From Octopus bimaculoides (Eukaryota): a stretch of 64,000 bases of DNA. The stretch lies in assembly GCF_001194135.2 (NCBI RefSeq), contig NC_068982.1:152258335-152322334 (forward strand), in the 5' to 3' direction. How positions within the stretch are numbered: position 1 is the first letter of the stretch; every line of letters starts with the position of its first letter. Both the position numbers and the translations under genes were made by a program. The notes beneath the pieces are model-generated. The model was not told where the DNA came from and ran no database searches. It worked only from the letters and a program-made list of their open reading frames with translations. Shown here one piece after another: positions 1 to 12,522 of the stretch.

Positions 1-82
1 ATCCACGACTGCAGTTCGGTCATGGAGACGAGCTGCGGGAAAGCGCGCCGCCCAAACGGCGACCACACCTGTTCACCGTTGT
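1..82 (-). CDS. possible exon fragment running off the window (DNGEQVWSPFGRRAFPQLVSMTELQSW)
   Basis: GC-rich island, open frame, ctacgtag acceptor-like site at 83-90, internal ATG at 23-21. Confidence 0.3.
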
Positions 83-96
83 CTACGTAGAGCCGG

Positions 97-161
<65 letters not shown>

Positions 162-162
162 T

Positions 163-206
<44 letters not shown>

Positions 207-207
207 G
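97..207. repeat. compound microsatellite (AGAT)n(CA)n(TA)n
   Basis: Seen directly. Confidence 0.95.
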
Positions 208-769
208 CTTACATATACATAGACGTAGACATATCTACATGCACATACATACGTATATTTAAATATGCCGCATACAAAGATCGTCTTCCTTGACAACATT
301 TTCACACAATTTTTTTCCATACTCTAATGAGACATATATGTTTAACTTCTTCCTCGAAATCTTTTAATTTTTTCTCTTTTTTTTTTTTTTGCATTATGTA
401 AAGTTTATCAGAAACCTTTGACAGAGTGATGTTTAGGGTTCTTCTAAGATAACAGAAATAGCTTCCTAACCATGTTGCTGAAATATGCACTTTCTATAAT
501 AAGAATACGATAGTGAAAGTAGTAATGCGTAATTCAAGCAAGCATTTTTTGTACGTGCTTATAATGTAACGAAATGGTTCCTTATAAAAAAGGTCACGGT
601 TCACCACGAAATTCTGGAGGTGGCTAAGCAAGGAGAGTGGTTTTCTTTGTTGTAGTTTTGGCTGTTAAATTGCTATAATGTAATGTGGTGTTGGTGCCAG
701 GGGACCGACACCTCTTTACCTGTACACATTTTACACATACGCGCGCGCGCACACACACACACAATTATC

Positions 770-1000
770 ATTTAAGTATGGCTTCCAAGTTGGGATACGT
801 TGGACGATTTGACAAAATCTAACAAGCTGAAGGATTGCATCACGCACCAGATGACTACTTTAGTATAGCTTCTATAGCTGGATGCCCTTCCTAACACCAG
901 CCACTGTACAAAATGTATTAGGTTCTTTCGAAGTGACACCACCACTAGTGATAGTCACATTGTAGCTCGTAAGAATAAGAACCCAAAGTGGCCCCCACAC
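770..1000 (-). mobile_element. older RTE-tail-related fragment (similar one at 15545-15870)
   Basis: gctggatgcccttcctaacaccagccact core. Confidence 0.6.
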
Positions 1001-2059
1001 ACATAATGAGAGAAAGAGACAGGTGGAAAAAGAGAGATATAGAAGATTTTGTTTGGCTCCGAATCAGCCCTACTTATAATCAAAAGCACTCAAGCTATAA
1101 CCATTCCACTTCTTACCAAGCATACTATAACTATGACTATTTACCTGATGTAATTTGCCATTTGTTAATGGTAGAGTAAGATTCAAGAAAGATTTAATTG
1201 CTATTTTTCACAGACTTAAAGAAGACATTTTCAAGCAACAAACGGCTGCAAAGAAAGAGTTTTTGTATCAAATGTGAAAATGGTTTTCAAATAGCTTTGC
1301 TCATATTTCTTTAAAGTAGCATGAATTCGATTTAAAAATCATTGGAGTATATTTTCAGTTTGATGCTTTTCTTAATTCATCCATAAAATAGTATTCTGAC
1401 TCATTTTGTAGCTAAATTGACTGAGGTAAGCAATAACGAAATTTGCTTGAAGATAAATTAAAAGTCACAGTAAGATTTGAGCATGTGAACTTTAGATAGG
1501 TTTGTCTATCACCTTGACATTCACATTAAAAGTTATTGAATAAAAGTCACAATAGTTTATCAAAATGTTTCAAAAGACAGCAACGTGGCTGTGTAGTAAA
1601 TGTACTTTCAAAATATATTCTTGGAAAAAAAAAATGTTCATATTACACAGAATCATTTTCAAAAGTAATTGTCTTAAAATTGGCTTTCACAAAATTATTA
1701 ACGCTAATGGAAAAAAATAGGTAGGAAATATAGAATGGAGTTTAAATTGTAAAAAAATAAATAAGCAATGTACGTCGATCGATAATGAATATGTATAAAT
1801 AGAAATTTATATGGATAGGCATTTAATTACGTAATGAATTTTATGTAAATAGGTTATATATATGTAGGTCGTGTATATATCTATATATTAAAGTTCACAT
1901 CAGTATTTCTGTTTGTGTGTACTTTAAATTTTGAAAAACCTGTTTCTTGTACTGCATAAAGATATCAACCGATTTTTATTCTTAAATTGTGGTCTTTTTA
2001 TTGCAAGACCCTGGCTCAGATTTGAACCATAGCTCTCAGATTTACCCAATCTAAAACTA

Positions 2060-2660
2060 ATGTATCTCCATAAAAGGAAAAGTGTTGCCATGAAAGATAT
2101 TAAGACCTACGTTAATGTGAATCAACCAATCAGCACTAGCTGACTTGTGGTTGAGGTGGCAAACTACAAAGTAAGTGTGCAAGCTTTTTCCCTGCCAAAC
2201 AGTTTGGTTGAAGATTTGAGTAGGATGATTACCAACTATAAAAAGCTGACAAAACAGTGATCCACTAAGCTGTCTAGAGGAATCTGTGTAGTTTATTTCT
2301 TGGAGTTGATCCCTCTCCTCATCTTTCACGTTTCTTATATAACCTGATTATGCCATACTCAACAAAAGGTACCCACCTTAACTTGTAATGTCAAGTAAAA
2401 TATATGTAATGATCAAAATTCCTTGTATTACTTTCATAACATTATCCAGCAAGTTATATACAGAAGAATCTTAAGCATGATGTTTATTGAAAGTTGTTCC
2501 ATAAATTTATTGGGTATACGTTTGTAAATACAACAATGTAGTTTAATAAAACTCAAACTTTATTGTTGTCATTGTCTACACACGCGACCAACATTGTGAT
2601 CATTCTAGGAAGAACATATGACTAACCACCACACTAAAGTAGTGGCGCATAACATAATTC
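2060..2660 (-). repeat. ~600-bp unclassified repeat unit, copy 1 (left palindrome arm)
   Basis: Reverse complement aligns by eye to 2670-3180 plus 3600-3700 and to 3970-4510 (cagattcctcta, ttcaaccaaact, tttccttttatggagata). Confidence 0.8.
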
Positions 2661-2669
2661 AAACATTCA

Positions 2670-3700
2670 GTCTTCTGGTTAGCCATTTATTCTTCTTTGG
2701 CTGTTGACAATATGAGGTAGGTTACGTGTGTAGAAAATGACTACACCAACGTTTGAGTTTCCAAATATTTTATTAATCCTGACCGTTTATATCTACAAAT
2801 GTACATTCAATAAACCAATGGAACAAAATGCAACAAACATAACGGTTAGAAATCTGAATATAACTTGCTGGATAATATGATGAAAGTAGCGCAAGAAATT
2901 TAAATCATAGCATATAATTAATGTGCATTATTCGACACTACAAGTTAAGGCTGGTGCCTTTAGTTGAGTGTGACATAAGTATGTTACATAAGAAACGTGA
3001 AAGACGGAGAGCCAGAATAACTCACTGAGACAAGTAACAGATTCCTCTAAACGGTTAGTGACTCTCTGATCTGAGGTTGAATATGCTAGCTTTTTTTTTA
3101 TAACTGTTAAACATCCTTCTAGAATCTTCGACCAAACTTCTTGGCAGGAAAGCTCATACAATTCCTTGATTGTTACAGTTTGTTGCCGATATTCGTTATA
3201 TCAAGAGTTCTCATAATGACACAAACTGGTACTTTATCCTGAGTTCATGTGAGTTCTCTGCACTCTAAAGATTCTATAGATCTGGAAAGAAAAATGGCTA
3301 TATACCAAGAATCGGATGAAGAACTATTTGCAATTAAAGAACTCAGTCTTTTTATTTAGAATTTCGTCCTCCTCTGTTTGCTTCCACGAAGCATATTTGG
3401 TGTAATATTCTTATGTACCATGAACAGCCCTTTGTGTCTGATAAACATCGACTTGCAGTTCTTTCTGGTCTTCACACTTTTTTTTTCTATCTGGGAGTTG
3501 CAGCACCAGAAAACTCATTTCATCTCGTTTCATTTGGCTTAATATGAATAGAGAAGTTTGTCAATTGAATAGAAATTGTATATTTTGTCAAAAAACAGAA
3601 AGTTCATTTGCCACCACAACTATAGTAAGTCAAATAATGCTGATTGGTCAAGCCATATTCACATAGATTTGAATACCTTTTAAGGTGACCTCAAAAGAAT
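2670..3700 (+). repeat. same unit, copy 2 (right arm), interrupted by ~420 bp at 3180-3600
   Basis: Collinear similarity to the rc of copy 1 resumes after the insert. Confidence 0.75.
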
Positions 3701-3969
3701 ATATGACGCACTACCACAATAGAGAGGACCAGGCTGAGATTTGAACCATAACTCTCCGATTTTCCAATTCTATAACTACGAATTAATTTGCAAGTTATCG
3801 GCATTTTAGGTCGATTCAAAGTTCACTATTTTCCCAATTTGTAAGGAAGAATTCAATGAGCCAGTAGCTTTGTCCTGATTACATACACATGTTGTTAAAA
3901 TTGTTTTCAAGATTTCGTAAACTGTTGCTAGCAATTTTCTGAGTGTGATTTCATATCGGGTCGCCAATT

Positions 3970-4297
3970 TTTAGTGCTGCAGTTAGTCACATGTTCTTCT
4001 TAGGCTGTTCACAATGTAGGTCTTGTGTGTAGACAATGACAACAATAAAGTTTAATTGAGTTTTCAAGTATTTTATTAACCCATACCGGTATAATTACAA
4101 ACATACATCCAATAAATTAATGGAACACTGTTCAATGAACGTAACTGTTAAAAATGTTCTGTATATAACTTGCTGGACAACGTTATGAAAGTAACGCAAG
4201 GAATTTAAATCACAGCATATAAATTAATGCATGTTGCTTGGTATCACAAGTTAAGATTGGTATTTTTTGTCAAGTAGAGCATAAGTATGTAAGCGTG

Positions 4298-4329
<32 letters not shown>

Positions 4330-4510
4330 NNNNNNNNNNTTTTGGGGATCTTTTTATAGCTGTAAACTGTCCTGCTACAATTTTCAACCAAACTGTTTAT
4401 GGAAAAACTCGCACACTTTCTTTATGGTTTGCCGCTTCGACCATTGGTCGAATCATATTTACGTAGATTTAAATACCTTTTATGGTGCATATTTCCTTTT
4501 ATGGAGATAG
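3970..4510 (+). repeat. same unit, copy 3 (poly-A and 10-N gap inside)
   Basis: Direct repeat of copy 2. Confidence 0.8.
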
Positions 4511-4929
4511 CTGTGATTCAAGATCGGGAAAAATCTGAGAGCCTAAATCACTTTCAAGACATATCTGGATCGTGGAACCCTCAAAACAAAAGAACTTGTT
4601 TCTCTAGTGCATGGAAAAATAACTTCTCTGCATTGAAGAGAGATGTCAGGACCAGAAACGAACGAAAAAGTCAAGTCACGTGGAAAGCGGGTGATTTGAT
4701 CGGCTTCTTTTAATTCAACAAACTTCCATAGTGAACGGTTGTGTGTAGCGAGTTCAAGAATAGTCTGATCAAAGGTTGGGTAGTAAAAGAAGCATATAAG
4801 TTCGTGCAACAATTTTTTCAGTCATAATGGAGGATAATTTTCTCTCTGCCTTTATCTTTTCTGTCCTTTCTACAAGTTATTTCGGCATTTTGTTTATCTT
4901 GTGGAGTATTTTCTATCACTGATTTTAAG

Positions 4930-7900
4930 ATGTACACAAAGATAAGTATCGGCATTGTTGTGCACAGACCATTTTCTGGTGAAGGTGACATCGTGACCTG
5001 GATTTAGAAAGTGAGGCATGTTGCAACACTTAAAGCTATACAAGGCGTGGCTAGTCTTATGTCGTTGTACCTAGAGGGAAGTGCGTTGAATATGTATTTA
5101 GAAATGGACGAAGGAGATCAGCTAAAGTTGAAGAAGATCGACGAATAGCTGAAGGATGAGTTCATGGAGGGTGATTTAAGGTGAATAGCAAGCCAGGGGT
5201 AGTGAAATGGGGTGGGGAGCAGGTGATAACCATGTAAGCAAGGTAAGGAGACTGGCTAGGCTTTCTGTGCTTACCGGCGGAGCGATTCTTTGACCATATT
5301 TCGGTGAGGCTGCAGCAATGACACAATAACTGTAGGTGATTTGGTGGATAGAACGCGAATATTGACGCAGAACGACAACTGTGAAGTCGTAACAATGGTG
5401 ACGGCGGAGCCTAGTAGAATGAGGGTTCAAGCAGTGAACAGCAAAAACTGGAGAGTGGCAGAGGAGCCGATACGTTTAAGGGGCTGTGTTTCAGATGTCG
5501 GGGTCTGCACATGGTCAGAGATTGCAAGAAGCCAAAATCCGAAGTGGTATGCTACCGGTGTGACTACTTCGGGCACAGCGATCTAAAGCAAACAGTGAAA
5601 CAGAAGAGATCTGTTCTGACAACCGATTAGCGGTGCTCCTATGTTCACTGTCTGTAATAAGGGTTCGGCGGCGGGAAGGGAGAGTATCAAGGGAAGCGAG
5701 AACCCTTGTCGAGCCCTGGTGACAGAGGAAAAGGTTGAAAGATGGAATGGAAAACCCAGCTTGGGGGAAGTGGATGGCAGGAAGGTGGGGTATAGAGGCG
5801 TCGGTGTGGTGAAGTTGGTTGTACAGGGAATGCCGATGAAGGTAGAGGTAATTGTTATCGACAAGGTTATGGATAATGTTGACATAGTAGTCAGGATGGA
5901 TGTCATTTGCCGGCTGGGAGGCGTGGTGGACGGCAAGATGCGAGTAGAGTTTGGAGGTGGGGGTCAGTGTGCCTTGTGCTGTGGGTGTGAAATGGAGGAA
6001 GAAGGCTGTAGAATGGACGAGTCGAACTCTGTGGGAAGAAATACTGCAGACAAGTTTGAAGATGAGGGCTTCCAGATTGAGTCTGACGGTAAGTGATGGA
6101 CGGTGGAGTACTTTTGGAGTGAAGAACTCCTGGTGTTGAGAAATAACGTGAGCTGCTACGAGCACGCCCTTAAAGGAGGAGCCAAGAATGAGTTGGAGAG
6201 ACTAGTCGACTGATGGAATGAGGGTATTTCAATGCCATAGAAAGAGTAGTGTGTTACTGACGATGAATGTCGTCGAGCCAACAAAAAGTAAAGTCCGGCT
6301 GGTATTAGACTTTCGAGATATCAATGATCACGCACAATGTCATAAGGGCGGTGAAGCGGCAGATGTCTGAGGGAAAACCTTGCGTGAGTGAAGGCATATG
6401 CCAGGGGTGGGGCTACGACTATCGTTCTCAAATCTGCATATCTGCAGCTCTACGTGGATGAAAAATTGTGGCGGTATCACCTGGTGAGATACAAAAGCAG
6501 GACATACTATCTGACTCAGCTGAAATTCAGTTTGAACTCAGTACCAAAAATCATGATGAAGGTTCTTAGAGAAGGTGGCCAAGGTGAAGTAGGCTATTAG
6601 TTGCTACATTGATGACATTCTAGTATATGAGACCGTGGTGTCGGCAGAGAAAATTGCAGTAAATATGAAAAAGTTCGGGCTGAGAGAAGGAGGCATTACG
6701 CTGGGGTTCAATGTCGAGAGAGTCAAGGTAAGCAGGCCTGATTTCGGAGAGGAAATGAGATTCCAGACATGAGCGAGGACATGAACTAGCGAGAACTTTC
6801 ACAAAGTAAGGGGAACTGGTCGGCTACTATCCTGTTGCAGATGGTTCCAAACGGCATGCAGCTACATCAAGAAGCAAGCTGAAGAAGTGATCTGGGGCAA
6901 CAAAGTAGGAGAAAAGACAGTTACCATGATGCGAAATGTTTCAGAGAGAGAGAGGACCCAGTGAAGGGAAGTTGGTACGTGACCAAAACAAAAATGGAAT
7001 TGTATGGTATGATGTGAGTAGCATAGCAGTGTAGTGAAACCTCTCTCTCTGGTATATATTTACAAATGCGAACGTAACGGGTAACATCTAGCCCTCGGCC
7101 GGCCTTGGACCCTGCTTTGTCCATCACCCTGCTTGGCTCTTATTTGCACGGCATTTGTCACCGGTTCTGTTTCGCGCCAAGGTGCATACCGACCAATCGT
7201 GGCCTTCTAATAAGGTCAGACGAGAGAGTGTTCTTCTGATGTTTCTGGGTCCCCCTTTTCTCTATAAATAGCCTGCTTTATCCACGCCAGTTTGTCACGA
7301 TTTCAGACCTCTCTGAGGTCTGGTCGTTGACCACCCAGCACCAGCAACAGTTTCCAGCGATGACATCAACACCACCGTTCAACTGTCTACTAAGTCTCGT
7401 CGCCAGCGCCAACACGACACCACTACATACACACTACCAACAGCAACCGCAGCCTTTCTTGACACTGTTTGTGTGGATTGTTTCCACCACGAAAATAACA
7501 GCCAGAACAACCTGCGAGAATCTTCTGTATTCAGGTAACCGGTCGCAGTATCGTAGCCTCAACTTCTTCTCACGACATGTGATACTTTAGCTCTGCTATT
7601 CGGCCACAACCTCTTATGAACAGACATTCTATCTACAGTGTAACTCAACTATGAACTGGTACTTCCTTATCTTTGTGTTCAGGACGCTTATCGTCCATGT
7701 TACAGACTCCTTTCCATGCTCTGTATTTCTCATTCACACACATACACATATTTATGTATACACACTCTTGTTCACACGACGGCCTGTCATATACATTGTG
7801 TTATTATTATTATGCCGCATTCACGCACACAGAGACACACAGATTACTATTCTAATAAAACTTACTCTTTATATATCTACCGGTTGTGTCTCTCCCTTTC

Positions 7901-8990
7901 CTTGCTGGCATTTCCTCGCATTTCACATGTGAGCTCTCTTATGTTATATTTTGTGTCGACCGTGCGACGCGTTAAAAGGAGCCTGTTCCATTCGTCACCA
8001 TTCTCCTTTGGTTCGCATGGTCGTTCTCTATAGCAGTAAGAGTCACACCTGAAATGAAAGGGTTGAGGAGGAATATACAGCGTGGCTCAAGAAGAAGGAT
8101 GACTGCAATCACATCATTGTAGCTGAACTGGACGATGTGTTGAAGGTGTGAACTGGACACTGACATGGATAGTACTCTTCGCGATTCGAACTGATTCAAC
8201 CACGGTACGTGGATGGTTAGCATCACTAATCACTAATCAGAAGAGAATCCAAACAAAAGAAATGATAATCAAGTGCCATCTGGGAATCTTGAGGGAGCTA
8301 GCTACTGACTTTGTCCGGAAGCTGTAGGTAGCCTTTGTGCCTTCGGAATAAAATTAAAGTCAATTCTCTTACCAGGGTAAAAGGAAACTCTGGTTGCAAG
8401 CGCCGGAAAATTCACCGAGTGGAGTAGAGTGGCTGCTGCATGCTGGCTAGAGGGCCCGGGATTGCGAAGGCTGTACAACATGCGTCATATAGGAGTAGAC
8501 AAGACCCTATTTTTAGCAAGGAAAGTTGATGCTGATGTCACCAGGGAGAGTATCTGGAAGGTGGTAGAGAACTGCAACAGGTATCAGTCTATTGACCCTG
8601 CACTGAGTTTGCATGAAACAGGAAAGATTCAGGAGGAGGAAAACGGGAGGAGACTGGCAGTTGACGTGACATACTACCAGGGAAGATCATACCTCTCCCT
8701 GATTGACTGTGGGGCAGGGCGGATGGTGATATGGAGTAAAAAATCAGGATGGGGTTGTGGATGAAATTGCAGATATGCTGAATACGATATTCCTGGAAAG
8801 GGAGCCACTGGACAAGCTATTTATGGACAAAAGTTCAGCATTTTGTTCAGAACAGTTGAAGGAAATGCTCAGAAGATAGAACATCAGACGCTTCTTCAGA
8901 GCTACATTTAAGTCACGAGGAAATGAGATTGTAGACCGACACCATCGCACAATCAAGACCATGGTTGAGAGGTTCCAATGTATCTGGAAT
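4930..8990 (+). mobile_element. decayed Ty3/Gypsy internal region (gag-PR-RT-RH-IN) with nested solo LTR
   Basis: gag PFSGEGDIVTWI; knuckles CFRCRGLHMVRDC and CYRCDYFGH (~5490-5575); protease-like 5680-5960; RT VLDFR..KSAYLQL..YIDD (6605-6616); RNase H AELDDVLK; integrase H..C..SIDP, LAVDVT, RHHRTIK; many stops and frameshifts; its own LTRs not recognised. Confidence 0.9.
7030..8032 (+). mobile_element. solo LTR A, 1003 bp
   Basis: TGTAGTG...TATA (decayed TACA) ends, GCAG TSD at 7026-7029 and 8033-8036, TATA box ~7262, AATAAA ~7855; host pol resumes across it. Confidence 0.9.
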
Positions 8991-9515
8991 GTGTTGTTGG
9001 TTAGTTGCTGAAAGTTGCGTATAACTAGACTACATCAAGCAAACCTTTAAACATGAGCATAACATGATTTATGCTGCACTAGTCATAAAAAAAGTGTTCG
9101 TGCATTACAATATACATTTAGAATCAGCAAGATGAAAATAGCATTAATACAACATGCAAAAAAAACTGACTATCGAAAGCTTATCATTGAGGCTGGTTTT
9201 AACATAATGCATATGTGTTGTGTCACGTCAAGCTTACAGTCGCGTACGGGTTTTGAATATAGTCGTTAGAATAACTGAGGAGTGTGTATTTCGTAACGCA
9301 CTCAAGAACACACTGGAATATGGCGTGAGTGTAGACAACTTTCTGGTTCGATGTCTCTAACATACTGCGAATTGACGCGTTTTGGCACTGTTTCCAGGCG
9401 ATGTTCAGGGAACCTTCTAGAATTTTGTGAATGAACAGTAATTTAGCAAACAATTGAAATGAAAGTAATTTTGAAGATACAAAAGTAATTGAAAAAAGAC
9501 TATTGCTTTGGTTTT

Positions 9516-9519
<4 letters not shown>

Positions 9520-9555
<36 letters not shown>

Positions 9556-9567
9556 GNNNNNNNNNNN

Positions 9568-9610
<43 letters not shown>
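9520..9610. repeat. (GA)n with 11-N gap (9557-9567)
   Basis: Seen directly. Confidence 0.95.
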
Positions 9611-9981
9611 ATAATGAATACGAATTCATATTGCCTCAAATAAGTATCTATTCAGGCTATCACAATAGGAAAATGTAAAAATGAATGACTGAATACATAT
9701 TTATGTGATTGTGTATAAGGGAGCAAATAAAATGCAAGTAAAATTTTAAGTAGAAATAAAACTGTATCTCTACGTACACATCCATGTACATAGCTTTATA
9801 CTGGAACATCTTCATTCATGGTTCTGCTGATTATAGTTGAGTCACTTGGTTACTTTCTCCTCATATGACTAGCTCTTGATGATATGAGAGATTTTAATAT
9901 TTAAGAAAGCTCCCTAACAGTAACCATGCAAGATTTATAACGTTGTTACATTTATTACATAAGGTTAATGTTTGATAGGTG

Positions 9982-10985
9982 TGTAAAGAACGACCGTGCG
10001 AACCAAAGGAGATGGGACGAACGGAAGAGGCTCCTTTTAACGCGTCGCACGGTCGACACAAAACATGTAATATAACATAAGAGTACGCGCATATGAGATG
10101 CGAGGAAATGCCAGCAAGGAAAGAGAGAGACACAACCGTTAGATATATATAAAGAGTAAGTTTATTAGGGTAGTCAACGGTCTGTCTGTGTGTGTGTGTG
10201 CATGCGGCAATATAAATAACACAATAGGTATGACGGACCGTCGTATAAATAAGAGTATGTATACAATAATATGTGTGTGAGTGTGAATGAGAAATACAAA
10301 GCATGGAATGAGAGTCTGTAACATAGACGATAAGCGTCCTGAACACAGATAAGAAAGTATCAGTTCATAGAAGAGTTACACGGTAGGTAGAATGTCTGTA
10401 CATAAGAGGCTGTGGCTTCTAGGCAGAGCTAAGTCACATGTGAAGATGAGGCTTCTATGCCGAACCGGTTACTTGGTACAGAAGATTCTCGCAGGTTGTT
10501 CTGGCTGTTCTTTCGAGGTGGAAACAATCCACACAAACAGTGTTGAGATGGAACCGCGATCGCTGTTGGTGGTGTGTACTCTGGTGGCATCGTGTTGGCG
10601 CTGGCGACGGGACTGTAGAAGACAGTAGAACGGTGGTGTTGATGTCGTCGCTGGAAACTGGCTGGAGCTGTGTTCTGTGTGAGGTCTACGACCAGACTTG
10701 TGAGAGGTCTAAAGCCGAGACAAACTGGCGTGGATAAAACAGGCTTATTTATGGAGAAAAGGGAGCTCCAGAAACAGCAGAAAAACACTCTCTCGCGTGA
10801 CCTTATCAGAAGGCCACGATTGGTTGATGTTCACCCTGGCGTGAAACAGAACTGGAGACAAATGCCGCGCAAATAAGAGCCAATCAGGGTGATGGACGTA
10901 GCAGGGTCCAAGCGGGTCGAAGGCTAGATGTTACCCGCTACGTTCGCATTTGTAAATAAATACCCGAGGGAGAGGTTTCACTACA
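9982..10985 (-). mobile_element. solo LTR B, 1004 bp, same family
   Basis: Full-length rc match to LTR A (roughly 80% by eye), TG..CA ends, flanks GGTG/GGTA. Confidence 0.9.
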
Positions 10986-11214
10986 GGTACTAAAGTAAAC
11001 ATTAACCTAATATAATTATAATTCATTAGTTTATCCAAAATATATATCAGCTTCAAATTCTTTAGACAAATTTCCATTTCTCCCTTTTCAATACATATTT
11101 TTGTCCTTTCACTTAATTTCGTGTGTATGTGTGTGTGCACGCACGCGCGCGCTTCTGCATATATCACAGTATTATAATGACAACCAGACATCAATGAATG
11201 TTATACACCGCTGG

Positions 11215-11745
11215 ACACATTGCGCTTCCAATTCTATTTTGATTGCATCATTTTTTTCCATCTTGACCCAAATTAGTTAATTAAATTGCCTTCCCATTGT
11301 TGTGGTGGCCTTTTCCAATCTCTCAGATACCACTTCGCAACTGCAAAGGTTCATCTGTTGTCTGTGAATCTTGTGACATGTCCAGCCCAAAGGAACTTGT
11401 ACTTTCGGTTATTTTGCGATCACATTATTCACTCCACTCCATTCTTGAATTATCTCATTTCGAATATGCTCTTGTAATGATATTCTTAATATGGATCTTT
11501 CCTTGGCCCTTTGTGTCGTAGCCAGTCAATGTTCTATTCTCTTTGTAGTAGTCTATGACTCACTTGCATATTAGAGCGCGTGTAGGATAGTGCCGTTGAA
11601 GAGTCTGGCACGTATGGTATTGTCTAGCTTTGTTCTGAGCTCACACTTTATTGAGTCAAACGCCTTCCATCCTGCTCTTATCCTCTTTGAGATTTCAGCA
11701 TCCATATGTTGGCAATTAACTTTGTAAAATATTAGAATGGACAAC
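11215..11745 (-). mobile_element. RTE LINE ORF2 C-terminal fragment (BovB-like)
   Basis: AEISKRIRAGWKAF..ARLFN, followed by a WAGHV..FTDNR-like block; stops present. Confidence 0.75.
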
Positions 11746-12151
11746 TCAAACATTGCTACATACATTTGATAATATGGTTTCAATAATGAATAATAAATAC
11801 ATATTGTATAATTTTAAATTATTGCATAACCATACCATTTCATCAAGCAATATACTGCCTTCTGTCAGTGAAATCAAATGAGGGTAAAATTTTTTTAAAT
11901 ATAATTGTATTAAATTCGAAATATCTTTTCTAAAATGAATCTTGTCTTTAATATAAACATATTTTTACCTTCATAACTTGATTTGATTTTACCAATGGAA
12001 GGCTGGATATCACCTGATGAAATGGCGCAGTTATGTAATATTGTGAAGTTATGTAATATTGCATTATTATTATATATTGTTGAATAAATAACCACACCAT
12101 TGAAACACATGTAGCAGTGTTTTAAGCTGTTCATTCTTATTTTTTAATTAA

Positions 12152-12158
<7 letters not shown>

Positions 12159-12198
<40 letters not shown>

Positions 12199-12522
12199 TG
12201 GATTCTTAACAACACACACACACACAAACGTTTGTATGTATTTGACTGAATTCTCATAGCTGGAATGCCTTTGTGTTATTTCCTTTTACAGTGAGTTATT
12301 ATACAAGTAAAATTCTAAGAAATAAAAAACATGTGTGACAGCTATACTGGTATGGAGGATGAAGACATGCTAAATCGTTCATACAGAAGGAGCTAGAGAA
12401 AGAGGGACACCAATGCAACAAGTAGCAGGGTGTTGTGTTAGAGATTTCCCTAACCCATGTAAGCTTTGAAAAATGGATGTAAAAATGATGATGAGGAGGA
12501 GGAGGAGGAGGAGGAGGAGAAG
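12159..12522. repeat. (TA)n ~12159-12195, (CA)n ~12211-12225, (GAG)n ~12495-12520
   Basis: Seen directly. Confidence 0.9.

Noticed and set aside
5515-6165. 216-aa minus-strand ORF
   Set aside because: Antisense shadow of the purine-rich Gypsy gag/protease region.
7030-10985. Single element with 1-kb terminal inverted repeats (DIRS or foldback)
   Set aside because: Each repeat has its own TG..CA ends and TSD, and host pol continues after the first.
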